Part shown: positions 1-9,050 of the stretch, one piece after another
How the letters are laid out: each line of letters starts with the position of its first letter
Position numbering within the stretch: position 1 is the stretch's first letter
Assembly: GCA_038229875.1 (NCBI GenBank)
Contig: JBBROA010000001.1
Span: 65,955-129,954 of the forward strand
Direction of reading: 5' to 3'
DNA from: Thermoanaerobaculia bacterium
Lineage (GTDB): Bacteria; Acidobacteriota; Thermoanaerobaculia; UBA5066; Gp7-AA6
DNA length: 64,000 nt
Notes under the pieces: model-generated
Databases searched by the model: none
What the model was told of the DNA's origin: nothing
Seen by the model: only the letters and a program-made list of their open reading frames with translations
Position numbers and translations under genes: made by a program

Positions 1-876
1 GTATTCGAGCTCGCCGTTGCTGCCGAGAATCCCTCCGCGGATCTCGAGGTTGGCGCGCGCGATCATCGAGCGCAGCGCGTCGAGAGGGACCTTTTCGAGA
101 CGGTAGTTCGTGTGAATCCCGGGGAACGGCTCCGCGAGAAAATCTGCGTGACCGTCCAACACCGCGTGCCCGGACTCGAACACGATTCCTTCCGCGAAGA
201 CCGGAGAGGGGTACACGTGCTCGCGCGAATGGATGTTTCGGATGTTGTTCGCCCGGATGGTCAGGTGCGAAATGTGGAGGGGGTGCTTCGGGTCTTTATC
301 GATGTAGACGACATCGCCTTCGTTCACCCGGAAGAGGTTGATCTTCAGCGGGTAGATGTGCTGGATCGCCGCCTGCCACCCCTTGTCTTTCATCGGCACC
401 GCGTCGCGGTTCTCCGCCTGAAGCTGCGGCAAATTGATGTGGAGCTGCGGCCGGTCCATCAGGAAATCGGCGACAAGGTGCAGCGTCAGGAGCTCGCGCC
501 ACTGCACGCTCGCCTTCACGAGCGGCACGACGAGCACCGCCGGCTCCGGGTTCGCCTGCTGCCGGATGGTGAGGCCGCGGAGCGCGATCGAACCTCCGAA
601 GAGCGAAAAGTGCAGCTTCGGGATCTGAACCGAATAGCCCTTCAGGCTCTGATTCATTTTCCGCTCCATCTGGCGGCGGAGCGGCTCGTCGACGAAGAAC
701 GAGGCAACAATCAGCAGGACGAGCAAGATCAGCAGTCCCGCGCCGACGCGGACGAGCGTCTTCCGCGAAAAGCGGCCGGCGCCCTTGAGCCCCCCGAAAG
801 CGCCCTTCTTCCATTTCGAGCGGTTCCGCAACGGCTTTGATGCGCGATCGGGCTCTGACTTGCGGCTTGTGGACAC
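1..876 (-). CDS. DUF748/AsmA-like membrane-anchored protein, 3' end beyond left window edge
   Basis: Not in the ORF track because it runs off the edge. My reverse-strand translation from GTG at 876 (GGAGGA 3 nt upstream) is open to nt 1: VSTSRKSEPDR..RVGAGLLILLVLLIVASFFVDEPLRRQMERKMNQSLKGYSVQIPKLHFSLFGGSIALRGLTIRQQ.. It has a basic N-terminus, one TM helix, then beta-rich segments as in DUF748 proteins. Track ORFs 112..840(+) and 296..1696(-) are Arg-rich artefacts. Confidence 0.6.
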   Translation of the reverse strand, partial: MSTSRKSEPDRASKPLRNRSKWKKGAFGGLKGAGRFSRKTLVRVGAGLLILLVLLIVASFFVDEPLRRQMERKMNQSLKGYSVQIPKLHFSLFGGSIALRGLTIRQQANPEPAVLVVPLVKASVQWRELLTLHLVADFLMDRPQLHINLPQLQAENRDAVPMKDKGWQAAIQHIYPLKINLFRVNEGDVVYIDKDPKHPLHISHLTIRANNIRNIHSREHVYPSPVFAEGIVFESGHAVLDGHADFLAEPFPGIHTNYRLEKVPLDALRSMIARANLEIRGGILGSNGELEY

Positions 877-946
877 GAATCCTCCAGTGCGGGGTCGGGG
901 GCAAAGCGCGTGCCAGGTGGGCAGGGAAGCCGTAAGATGCGCGACC

Positions 947-1678
947 ATGGCGCCTTCCCCGGAACCTGGCAGCGACCCCTCGCCCCTTCTCGAAGCGCGC
1001 GATGTGACCCGAACCTACCGCATGGGGGTGGAACGGGTGCCCGCGGTCCAGGACGTCTCGCTCCAGGTCCGCGCTTCCGAATTCGTCGCGCTCCAGGGGC
1101 CGAGCGGCTCGGGAAAGACGACGCTCTTGAACATCCTGGGACTTCTCGACCGCCCGGACGCGGGCACCCTGTTGATTGCGGGCCGGGAGGCGGGGGGCCT
1201 GTCGGAGAACGAGCGGGCGGACCTGCGGCGCGACCGCTTCGGTTTCGTCTTTCAGACTTTCAACCTGATCCCGGTGCTCTCCGCGCAGGAGAACGTCGCG
1301 TACCCCATGGCTCTCGCGGGCGTAGCTGCGGGGGAGCGGCGGACCCGCGCGGAACAGCTGCTCGCGGCGGTCGGACTGGAACAGAAAGCTTCGGTGCGTC
1401 CCGACCTTCTCTCCGGAGGGCAGCGGCAGCGCGTCGCGATCGCGCGGGCACTCGCGAACCACCCCGCCGTCGTCTTCGCCGATGAGCCCACGGCGAACCT
1501 CGATTCGAAGACGGCGGAGGACATCCTCGACCTCATGCGGGGACTCTGCGACTCGCGGCGCGTCGCATTTCTGTTCGCGACGCACGATCCGCGGGTGGTC
1601 GCGCGGGCCCGCCGGGTCGTTTCGCTGCACGACGGCCGCATCGAGTCCGACGTCGTCTCCCCGGAGGCGCCGCGGTGA
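947..1678 (+). CDS. ABC transporter ATP-binding protein (LolD/MacB type)
   Basis: Walker A GPSGSGKTT, signature LSGGQRQRVAIARAL, Walker B VVFADEPT. Start moved to ATG 947 (MAPSPEPG..) inside ORF 785..1678. Stop overlaps the next start. Confidence 0.9.
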   Translation: MAPSPEPGSDPSPLLEARDVTRTYRMGVERVPAVQDVSLQVRASEFVALQGPSGSGKTTLLNILGLLDRPDAGTLLIAGREAGGLSENERADLRRDRFGFVFQTFNLIPVLSAQENVAYPMALAGVAAGERRTRAEQLLAAVGLEQKASVRPDLLSGGQRQRVAIARALANHPAVVFADEPTANLDSKTAEDILDLMRGLCDSRRVAFLFATHDPRVVARARRVVSLHDGRIESDVVSPEAPR

Positions 1679-2898
1679 GCTCTTTCGCCCTCGCATGGCG
1701 CAACCTGGTGCGGCAGCGCCGCCGCACCGCGCTCATGGGTGTCGTCGTGGCATTCGGCTTCGCCGCGTTCGCGCTCGCGGGAGGGTTCATCGCGCAGTCC
1801 TTCGAAGGCCTGCGGGAGGGCACGATCCGCAGCGTCGGCCAACTGCAGGCCGTCGACCGTCGGGCGGTTTCGTCGAGCGAGGAGACGACGCTCGAGTTCG
1901 GAATCACGGACGCCGCGCGGGCGCGGGCGATCGTCGCCCGGGATCCGGCGGTCGCTTCCGTTCTGCCGCGGAGCGACTTCGTCGGGCTCGCGACCAACGG
2001 AGCGAAGTCGATCCCGTACCTGGGCGTCGGTGTCGACCCCGAGCCCGAAGCCGCCGCGACCGGAGCGCGAGAGCTAGTCACGGTCGGCTCGTATCTTTCG
2101 GGAGACGGAGGCGACGGCGTGCTGCTCGGGACGGGCCTCGCCTCGGCGCTCGCGGTCCGTCCCGGCGACCGCGTCACCCTGATGGCGACCACGCCGGACG
2201 GCTCGTTGAACGCGGTCGACGGCGTGGTCCGCGGCCTGGTCGACGTGCGCATCAAGGAGCTGAACGACCGTTACCTCGCGGCGGGCGCCGGGCTGGTTTC
2301 GCGACTGCTGCAGAGCTCGGGGACCGTTTCGAAGCTCGTCATTTTCCTGAAACCCGGGGCCGACGAGGCGGCGGCGGCGCGGAGGATCGCCTCGGCGCTG
2401 TCGGCGGCCGGACACAACGTCACGCTGCGCAGCTGGCGGCAGCTCGCGGTGTTCTACGAGCAGGTGAAGCTCCTCTACGTCGGCATCTTCGGTTTTGTCG
2501 GGACGGTGCTCGTCGTGATCGTCATCCTGTCGGCCGCGATCGTGATGACGATGGCGGTGACGGAGCGAACCCGCGAGATCGGGACCCTTCGCGCTCTCGG
2601 GACGCGTCCTTCCGGAGTGCTGTGGATGTTTCTCGCCGAGGGGGTCGCGATCGCCGTGATCGGATGTGTGGCGGGAGCCGTGTTCGCGTTCATCGTCCGG
2701 GCGGTCTTGAACGCATGGGGTTTCACGCTGCCCCCACCGCCCGGCGGCACGCACGGGGAGCCGATCCACGTGCAGCTCTATCCGCTCGCGTACGCGGCGG
2801 GGCTCGTCGCGATGGTCGTGACGATGGGGATCGCGTCGTACTTCCCGGCGCGCCGCGCGGCGCGGCTGTCGATCGTGGAGGCGCTGGCGCATGTGTGA
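1675..2898 (+). CDS. ABC transporter permease, FtsX/LolC-E-like
   Basis: 407 aa with an N-terminal TM helix, a large periplasmic loop and a C-terminal FtsX-type 3-TM module (..IGTLRALGTRPSGVLWMFLAEGVAIAVIG..). 4-nt overlap with the ATPase gene. Confidence 0.85.
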   Translation: MSSFALAWRNLVRQRRRTALMGVVVAFGFAAFALAGGFIAQSFEGLREGTIRSVGQLQAVDRRAVSSSEETTLEFGITDAARARAIVARDPAVASVLPRSDFVGLATNGAKSIPYLGVGVDPEPEAAATGARELVTVGSYLSGDGGDGVLLGTGLASALAVRPGDRVTLMATTPDGSLNAVDGVVRGLVDVRIKELNDRYLAAGAGLVSRLLQSSGTVSKLVIFLKPGADEAAAARRIASALSAAGHNVTLRSWRQLAVFYEQVKLLYVGIFGFVGTVLVVIVILSAAIVMTMAVTERTREIGTLRALGTRPSGVLWMFLAEGVAIAVIGCVAGAVFAFIVRAVLNAWGFTLPPPPGGTHGEPIHVQLYPLAYAAGLVAMVVTMGIASYFPARRAARLSIVEALAHV

Positions 2899-2902
2899 GT
2901 TC

Positions 2903-2920
2903 GGCGAAGGGCGAAGGGAG
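2903..2920 (+). repeat. Period-7 G-rich tract (GGCGAAG x2 + GGAG) 5 nt after the permease stop
   Basis: GGCGAAGGGCGAAGGGAG. The first 13 nt are the reverse complement of part of the 17-mer shared by the 17647 and 42322 copies. Confidence 0.7.
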
Positions 2921-2956
2921 CGAGCCGGGGGCGAACGCGCTTCCGCCCGTTCGTAT

Positions 2957-2981
2957 CTTTACGCTTTTGGCTTTACGCTTT
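2957..2981 (+). repeat. Direct repeat CTTTACGCTTT x2 (14-bp period) upstream of the LolA-like gene
   Basis: Copies at 2957-2967 and 2971-2981 in an AT-richer spacer about 45 nt before ATG 3026. It could be an operator or promoter element. Confidence 0.5.
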
Positions 2982-3025
2982 AGGCTATAGGGAAGTCCCG
3001 AGCGTCCAGCGGCGTTAGCAGAAGC

Positions 3026-3778
3026 ATGAGAGTTCTTCGCGCCGCGTGTGCTGTTTTCCTGTTCGCATTGACGGCCTCCAGCGCTCGCGCTCAGACGCCC
3101 GCGCAGGTTCAGTCCTGGCTCGAGGCGATCGACGCGACGCGTAACGCGTTCGAGGAGGCCGTGATCACGGCGCGGGCCACCCGGATCGTCAACGGAGCGC
3201 CATCGGGGAGCGCGGATTTCGATATCTACACCAAGGGGCGCGATCGCGGACTGATCGTGTTTCGCGGCGGCAAGAACAGCGGGCGCAAGATCCTGACCTC
3301 GGGCGACCGCATGTGGCTGCTCGTGCCCGGTGCGACCAACCCTCTGCCCATCACTCCGAACCAGCGGCTCCTCGGGGGCGCTTCGATGGGAGACGTCGCC
3401 CGGCTGCGCTTCGCGGAGGATTTCCGCGCGACGGCGCGTTCCGGGACGGAGACCGTGAACGGCCGGCAGTGCCGCGTTCTCGATCTGCAGGCGAAGTCGC
3501 CGAAGGCCGCCTATCCGAAAGTGGTGCTCTGGTACGACGAGGCGGCGCGCCTCCCCGCGAAGGTCCTCTTTCTGCTCCCCTCCGGCAAGGAGGCGAAGGA
3601 AGTCACATTCGCGAAATTCCGGACTTCGGGAGGAAAGACCATCGTCTCGGAGATGGACATTCGGGACCTTCTCGCCCGGGAAGCGAATGCGGTGACGCGG
3701 CTCGAATACCGGGACTACAAGCCGGCACGGCTTCCCGACAGCATTTTCACCCCGGAAGGCGCACTCGGGTTCAGCTGA
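3026..3778 (+). CDS. Outer-membrane lipoprotein-sorting (LolA-fold) protein
   Basis: Signal peptide MRVLRAACAVFLFALTASSARA/QT. Its size and position as the third member of an ATPase-FtsX-LolA-like triad fit this call. Confidence 0.7.
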   Translation: MRVLRAACAVFLFALTASSARAQTPAQVQSWLEAIDATRNAFEEAVITARATRIVNGAPSGSADFDIYTKGRDRGLIVFRGGKNSGRKILTSGDRMWLLVPGATNPLPITPNQRLLGGASMGDVARLRFAEDFRATARSGTETVNGRQCRVLDLQAKSPKAAYPKVVLWYDEAARLPAKVLFLLPSGKEAKEVTFAKFRTSGGKTIVSEMDIRDLLAREANAVTRLEYRDYKPARLPDSIFTPEGALGFS

Positions 3779-3789
3779 TCGGCCCGCTC

Positions 3790-4929
3790 TCAGCCGGCGT
3801 CCTTCCCCCAGAGCCTTCGGATCGCGAAACGGATCGTTCGCTCGCCGGCGAGCCGTCCCGCGATCCGCCCGAGCGCGGGACTGAGCACGAGCCGCCGGAG
3901 CGCCGCGCTCCATGCGAACCTGCGCGAGAAGCGGCGGCGCCACGCCTCCTCGTAAGCGGCGAGGTACCGTCCCGCGGCGAGCCTTCCTTCGAGCAGCGCC
4001 AGCGCTGTCTCCGCTGCCAGGATTCCCGTGAAGAGAGCGGCGGCCTGCCCCTGCCCCGAAAAAGGATCGATCACGCCCGCCGCGTCTCCCGCCATCAGCA
4101 TCCCGTTTTCCGTGGGGGGCTTCGAGGTGAAGACCGCCGGAACCGTGCCCAGAAATCCGCGGGGCCCCGGGCGCATCGGGCGCAGGGCCTCGTCGAGCGC
4201 GGGGTTCTCCAGCCGGGCGGCGCCGAGGACGTCCTCCCAGCCGCCGCCAATCTTCCGGCGGTGCGCCTCGGACACGACGCCAGCGAGGTTCACCGCGCCG
4301 CCCTCGACGCGCGAAAGGCCGCAGTAGCCGCCGGGAAAGAGGTACAGGCGGACCCGCCCCTTGAGCGCCGACGTGTCGCCGACATAGTCGCGGCTCCAAC
4401 CGAAGAACCGGGAGCGTTCCAGAAAACGGCGGTCGAGGCGGCGATCGAGGGTGTCCCACCGGCCCCAGGCGCCGACGACCGCGCGGGCGTTCGCCGTCTC
4501 GCGCACACCGTCCGACGCGAACGTCACCGAGAAGCCGGCCGCCGGTGAACCCGTCGTCGCCACGACGCGGGTCGCGAAACGCACGTCCGAACCGGCGTTG
4601 CGCGCCCCGTTCGCGAGGAGGTCGTCGAGTCGGAACCGCGAGATGCCGAGCGCGGGCGTCGGCAGCCGGAAGTGAACCGCCGCGCCCCGCGCCGGATGCA
4701 CCGCGCCCTCCGAGATCCGCTCGGGGAGGCAGGCTTCCAGGGCGGCCGTCTGCCTGAGGCGCGCGATCGAGTCGAGCGCGTCCCCGGAAAGAAATTCCCC
4801 GCAGACTTTCGCGCGCGGGAACCGGTCTTTCTCGAGAACAAGGACTCCGCATCCGGCGGCCGACAGCACGGTCGCCGCCGCGGAGCCGGCGGGACCCGCC
4901 CCGATGACGATGGCGTCCCAGGTCTTCAC
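3790..4929 (-). CDS. FAD-dependent oxidoreductase, geranylgeranyl-reductase family
   Basis: Dinucleotide fold VKTWDAIVIGAGPAGSAAATVLSAAG..VLVLEKD and ..MLMAGDAAGVIDPFSGQG.. Start set at GTG 4929, which overlaps the TGA of the upstream gene (GTGA). The rest of track ORF 3790..5514 is Arg-rich read-through. Confidence 0.85.
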   Translation of the reverse strand: MKTWDAIVIGAGPAGSAAATVLSAAGCGVLVLEKDRFPRAKVCGEFLSGDALDSIARLRQTAALEACLPERISEGAVHPARGAAVHFRLPTPALGISRFRLDDLLANGARNAGSDVRFATRVVATTGSPAAGFSVTFASDGVRETANARAVVGAWGRWDTLDRRLDRRFLERSRFFGWSRDYVGDTSALKGRVRLYLFPGGYCGLSRVEGGAVNLAGVVSEAHRRKIGGGWEDVLGAARLENPALDEALRPMRPGPRGFLGTVPAVFTSKPPTENGMLMAGDAAGVIDPFSGQGQAAALFTGILAAETALALLEGRLAAGRYLAAYEEAWRRRFSRRFAWSAALRRLVLSPALGRIAGRLAGERTIRFAIRRLWGKDAG

Positions 4930-5693
4930 GCCCCGGGTCCCGAGATCAGCAGGCGGAACGGAAAGACCCGCTCGACCCGGGACCCCGGGACCGCGCTCTG
5001 CGCGATCTCGCGGGCTTCGTCCTTCGTATACGCCTGCCGCACGGAGGTCTGGCCGTCCAGCAGGGATACGCGGCTCTCGAAGACGATCCGTCCGGCGATC
5101 GAGACGAAGATCCAGGGGAACAGATGCCGCCGCAAATCGAGGATCGCGAAGCCCCGGCGCGAAACGCGTGCGAACTCCCGGAGGAGAGCGCGATTCTCCT
5201 CCGGGGAAAAGTGGTGAAACATCAGCGTCGAGACGACCCAGTCCGCGGCGCCGTTTGCGAGAGGGAGCGCGAAGGCATCCGCGGCGAGCGCGGGCAGATC
5301 GACCCCTCGCCACGCGCGGCCCGCGGCGAGATGGCGCCATTGGAGATCCACCGCGACGACTGTCGCCCGATGCCCCGCGCGCGCGAGCCGCCGGACGAGC
5401 GCCCGCGTCACGGCTCCGGAGCCGGCGCCGACGTCGAGCACGACGACCCTCTCCTCCCGTCCGCCGGTCATGCGCGACAGAAGGTGCGTCTCGATGGCTT
5501 TCGAGCCGCCCCACTTCTCGTTGACGAGCTCCAGGTCCCGCAGCGACCGCGCCATCTCCTCCGCGGGAAGCGTGACGTCGTCGAGGATTTCCCGGGCCGG
5601 CCGCCGCGGCGGGACGAGGAAACTCCGTCCGTCTCGGTGCCCCAAGGCAGGCCTAGAGTCTGCTGACGACCAGGGCGCTATTCTTGGAGCCAA
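4926..5693 (-). CDS. Class I SAM-dependent methyltransferase
   Basis: VVVLDVGAGSGAVT motif, preceded by the ..LRDLELVNEKWGG.. region. Start is uncertain: ATG 5693 overlaps the KAS 3' end by 41 nt, and TTG 5645 is an alternative. Confidence 0.8.
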   Translation of the reverse strand: MAPRIAPWSSADSRPALGHRDGRSFLVPPRRPAREILDDVTLPAEEMARSLRDLELVNEKWGGSKAIETHLLSRMTGGREERVVVLDVGAGSGAVTRALVRRLARAGHRATVVAVDLQWRHLAAGRAWRGVDLPALAADAFALPLANGAADWVVSTLMFHHFSPEENRALLREFARVSRRGFAILDLRRHLFPWIFVSIAGRIVFESRVSLLDGQTSVRQAYTKDEAREIAQSAVPGSRVERVFPFRLLISGPGA

Positions 5694-6903
5694 ATCCGAT
5701 GCAGTTGCAGAGAGCGTGCTCCACCGACGCGGCGCGCGCGGTGTTCGCGACGTAGTCGAGGTCGCACTCGGCGTCTCTGTGGTCGAGGTTGATGGTGGGA
5801 GGAAGAAAGCCGTCGCGCATCCCGAGGAGCGTGGCCGCGACTCCTGCGGCGCCGCACGCGCCCTGCGGATGACCGATCATCGACTTGATCGAGGAGCCCG
5901 GCAGTTTCGCGGCCGCGTCTCCGAACGCGAGGCGCACCGCGCGCGTCTCCACCCGGTCGTTCAACTGCGTCGAGGTTCCGTGGTACGCGAGGTACCCGAT
6001 CGCCTCCGGCGGCAATCCGGCTTCGCGCAGGGCGAGTGTCATCGCGCGCGCGGGCTCCTCTCCCGTCTCGTCGAGACGCACCCGGTGGTGCGCGTCGCAG
6101 GTGGCGCCGTAGCCGCGGATCTCGCCGTACACCCGCGCGCCGCGGGCGCGCGCCCGGTCGAGGTCTTCCAGCACGAACATCCAGGATCCCTCCGCGAGCA
6201 CGAACCCGTCGCGGTCAGAGGAAAACGGCCGCGAGGCCCGGATGGGGTCCCCTTCGCGCGCCGTCGAGACGATCCGCATCATCGCGAACCCCTCCATGAT
6301 GCCGCGGACCACCGTGGCGTCCACTCCGCCGGCGAGGAACACGTCCGCGGTCGCGAACTTGATCGCCCGGAAAGCGTGGCCGAGCGCGTCCGTCGAAGAG
6401 GCGCACCCGGTCGAGAGGACGTGCGAGAGCCCCCGCAGCCCGAAGTGCATCGAGAGTTCCGACGAGAGGGTCCCGATCGTGCCGGACGGTATCGAGTAAA
6501 CGGACGCCTTCTTGACCTGGTTCGTGTAGTAGAGGTGGTACATCCGTTCCGAGAACTCGATCGGACCGCCTCCCGTCCCGAGGATCACGCCCATCTCCCG
6601 CCGTTCGTCGAGCGAGAGCGTCTGCGTGTCGATCCCGGCATCTTCCAACGCTTCGGACGCCGCGGCGATAGCCATCGGGACGGCGCGCGACACATGCCGG
6701 ATGTCTTTGGCGCCGACCCACGCCGCGGGGTCCAGGCCCTTCACCTCGCCGGCGATGGTCGCGGGCAGCCCCTCGGGATCGAAGAGCGAGATTCGTCCGA
6801 CGCCGCTCCGCCCCTGCCGCAGCGCGCTCGCGTACTCTTCTCGCCCGTTCCCGTTCGGTGACAGGCACCCGATGCCCGTGATTGCGACGCGGCGGCCGGT
6901 CAT
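5653..6903 (-). CDS. Beta-ketoacyl synthase (KAS I/II, FabF-like)
   Basis: MTGRRVAITGIGCLSPNGNG.. N-terminus. Active-site Cys in LSTGCASS, His in CDAHH and AYHGTSTQLND. Confidence 0.9.
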   Translation of the reverse strand: MTGRRVAITGIGCLSPNGNGREEYASALRQGRSGVGRISLFDPEGLPATIAGEVKGLDPAAWVGAKDIRHVSRAVPMAIAAASEALEDAGIDTQTLSLDERREMGVILGTGGGPIEFSERMYHLYYTNQVKKASVYSIPSGTIGTLSSELSMHFGLRGLSHVLSTGCASSTDALGHAFRAIKFATADVFLAGGVDATVVRGIMEGFAMMRIVSTAREGDPIRASRPFSSDRDGFVLAEGSWMFVLEDLDRARARGARVYGEIRGYGATCDAHHRVRLDETGEEPARAMTLALREAGLPPEAIGYLAYHGTSTQLNDRVETRAVRLAFGDAAAKLPGSSIKSMIGHPQGACGAAGVAATLLGMRDGFLPPTINLDHRDAECDLDYVANTARAASVEHALCNCIGFGSKNSALVVSRL

Positions 6904-6988
6904 GGCTCGATAGTAACAACCGGATTCCGGCGGACCTTCCGCCTTCCCGATGTCCAGGGCGCTTGACCGCGAGCTCGAACGCGCGGGG

Positions 6989-7768
6989 TTACGGGGGCGC
7001 GTTCTCCGAGAACCAGCGATCGAGCACCCGCAGGAGCCGGAGCGGGACGAATTTCACGAGCGCGTCCGCATGGAGGTTCCCCGGCAGGTCGAGGTGTACG
7101 TAGTCGACCGGCGGAGCCGCGGCCTTCGCGAGCAGGCGGCCGTGCGACGGCGCCACGAGCCAGTCTCCTTCCGCGGTGATGATGAGCTTCGGGATCAAGA
7201 GGGTCGCGAGCGACTCGGCGACGTCCTGCCGCCGGGCGAAGGGGGCCCCGGCGGACATGCGCGGCATCTGGACCGCCTTCCGCAGGCTGACCTGTTTCCG
7301 GGCGCCCGCGGACCAGGGGCGCGGGCGGAGCGTCTTCAAGTCGGCCGGCGACGAGATCATCGCGAGCGCGCGGCAGGGCAGATGCGGAAACTGGCCGAGA
7401 GTGGCCGCCGCGATCGACCCCCCCAGGGACAGGCCGAGCACGGCGAAGCGCGCATAGGGACGCCCCTCCCCGACGAGCTGGTCGATGACGGCTTTCAGAT
7501 CGAGGCCCTCGAAGGCTCCGAACGAATAAGCGCCCCCGCTGTCCCCGTGCCCGCGGAAGTCGAGAGCGGCGACGTCGTATCCGCGCCGCACGTAATGGCT
7601 CGCGAGAAACAGGTTTTCGCGGGCGAGCCGCGTGCGCCAGAAGCCCGGCGCGAGGATGAGAAGCTCCGCCGACGGGCGCCGCCACCACGTGTACGCGATC
7701 GGCGTGTCGTCCGCCGCGCGGAGCCGCCGCTGAAGGACTTCCGCGGTCAGGCGCGCGCCCGCGCTCAT
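6989..7768 (-). CDS. Alpha/beta hydrolase
   Basis: Nucleophile elbow VLGLSLGGS, HGDSGG region, 259 aa. ATGA overlap with the moeA stop. Confidence 0.8.
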   Translation of the reverse strand: MSAGARLTAEVLQRRLRAADDTPIAYTWWRRPSAELLILAPGFWRTRLARENLFLASHYVRRGYDVAALDFRGHGDSGGAYSFGAFEGLDLKAVIDQLVGEGRPYARFAVLGLSLGGSIAAATLGQFPHLPCRALAMISSPADLKTLRPRPWSAGARKQVSLRKAVQMPRMSAGAPFARRQDVAESLATLLIPKLIITAEGDWLVAPSHGRLLAKAAAPPVDYVHLDLPGNLHADALVKFVPLRLLRVLDRWFSENAPP

Positions 7769-8964
7769 CGCGAGAGGAGCAGGCAGGAGACGACGGACCC
7801 CTCCGCCAGTCGCCCGGTCCCGGCGGGCACCGAGATGAGCGCGTTCGCTTGGCCGTGCGCGGCGAGATCGTGGCTTCCGGAGGTGCGGAGCGGCTCGACC
7901 CGAGCCTCGCTGCTGGATCGGTCGAGCGCGGCGTCGTGAAAGCGGTCGCGTTCGCCGGCGGGCGCGAGCGCGCGCGTCAGAAAGGCCGCGACCCGCGGCG
8001 CAGCGGGCTCAGAGTCTCCTTCGAACCGCCCCAGCGCCTCGCGCGCGAAGACATGGAAGCCGACCGCGGCCGACACGGGGTTGCCGGGAAGCCCGATCCA
8101 GAACACGTTCCGGCGCCGGCCGACCGCGATCGGTTTGCCCGGCTGCATCGCCACGCGGTGGAACAGGATTTCGAACCCGGCCGCCTCCGCCGCCGGCGGG
8201 AGAAGATCGAGGTCTCCGGCCGACACTCCACCGGTCGTGATCAGGAAATCCTCCTGCTCGCCGGCGCGGGCGAAGAGGAGGCCGACCTCGGCCGGCGTGT
8301 CGGCGACCGCGGGAGCCCGCCGGGCCGTCCAGCCGAGCGCCGCGCACTCCGCGAGGAGCATCGGACCGTTCGAGTCGCGCAGTCGTCCCGGTTCCGGGGC
8401 GGCCGCGCCGCGGACCACTTCGTCCCCGGTGACGGCGACAGTCACGCGCGGCGCCCGGAAGACGCGGATGGGGTCGTGGCCCGCGAGCGCGGCGAGCGCG
8501 ACGTCTCCGGGCGCGAGCCGCCGGCCGGCGGGGACCAGCGCCGCGCCGGCGCGCACGCTTTCGCCCCGGAGCCGGATGTGAGCGCCGGGCCTCGCTGCGT
8601 CCTCGAAGCGCACGCGCCCGTTTTCGCGGACCGACCGTTCGACCGGCACGATCGCTTCCGTTCCGGGCGGCAGAGGCGCGCCGGTCATCACGCGAACGAC
8701 CTCGCCTGCTGAGATCGGAGGGGGAGGCGCGGACCCGGCGGCGACGAGCCCCGGCCGTTCGGGCAGCTCGACGCCCCGCGCGACGTCCGAGACTCGAACC
8801 GCGTATCCGTCCATCGCGGAGGTGTCGAAGGGAGGCCAGTCCACGTCCGAGCGCACCTCGCGCGCGAGGACGCGGCCCCACGCGTGCTCGAGCGCCACGT
8901 CCTCTTCTCCTCCGGGCGAGAGAGCGCCGGCGAGCAGGGAGAGGGCCGCGGTCACCGTCAGCAC
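7765..8964 (-). CDS. moeA: Molybdopterin molybdenumtransferase
   Basis: ..PPFDTSAMDGYAVRV.., ..ITTGGVSAGDLD.., 399 aa. MoeA-type layout. Confidence 0.9.
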   Translation of the reverse strand: MLTVTAALSLLAGALSPGGEEDVALEHAWGRVLAREVRSDVDWPPFDTSAMDGYAVRVSDVARGVELPERPGLVAAGSAPPPPISAGEVVRVMTGAPLPPGTEAIVPVERSVRENGRVRFEDAARPGAHIRLRGESVRAGAALVPAGRRLAPGDVALAALAGHDPIRVFRAPRVTVAVTGDEVVRGAAAPEPGRLRDSNGPMLLAECAALGWTARRAPAVADTPAEVGLLFARAGEQEDFLITTGGVSAGDLDLLPPAAEAAGFEILFHRVAMQPGKPIAVGRRRNVFWIGLPGNPVSAAVGFHVFAREALGRFEGDSEPAAPRVAAFLTRALAPAGERDRFHDAALDRSSSEARVEPLRTSGSHDLAAHGQANALISVPAGTGRLAEGSVVSCLLLSR

Positions 8965-9050
8965 GCCCGGATTCTAGACGGCGCCGCGCCTCGCGCGTTG
9001 TCCGGCCGGGGAGAGCCCCCCGGCGTTTGGTACGATCGAGGCACCCCCCT

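Noticed and set aside
2723-4852. 709-aa minus-strand ORF. Similar long ORFs are 296..1696(-), 1482..2990(+), 16045..17634(+), 17618..18979(+), 20129..22411(+), 30811..33618(-), 34309..35871(-), 44184..46046(-), 48928..50475(+) and 56725..58491(-).
   Set aside because: Their products are Arg/Pro/Gly/Ala-dominated with no recognisable motifs, and they lie antisense or out of frame to genes with clear family signatures. They are the typical stop-codon-poor alternative frames of high-GC DNA.
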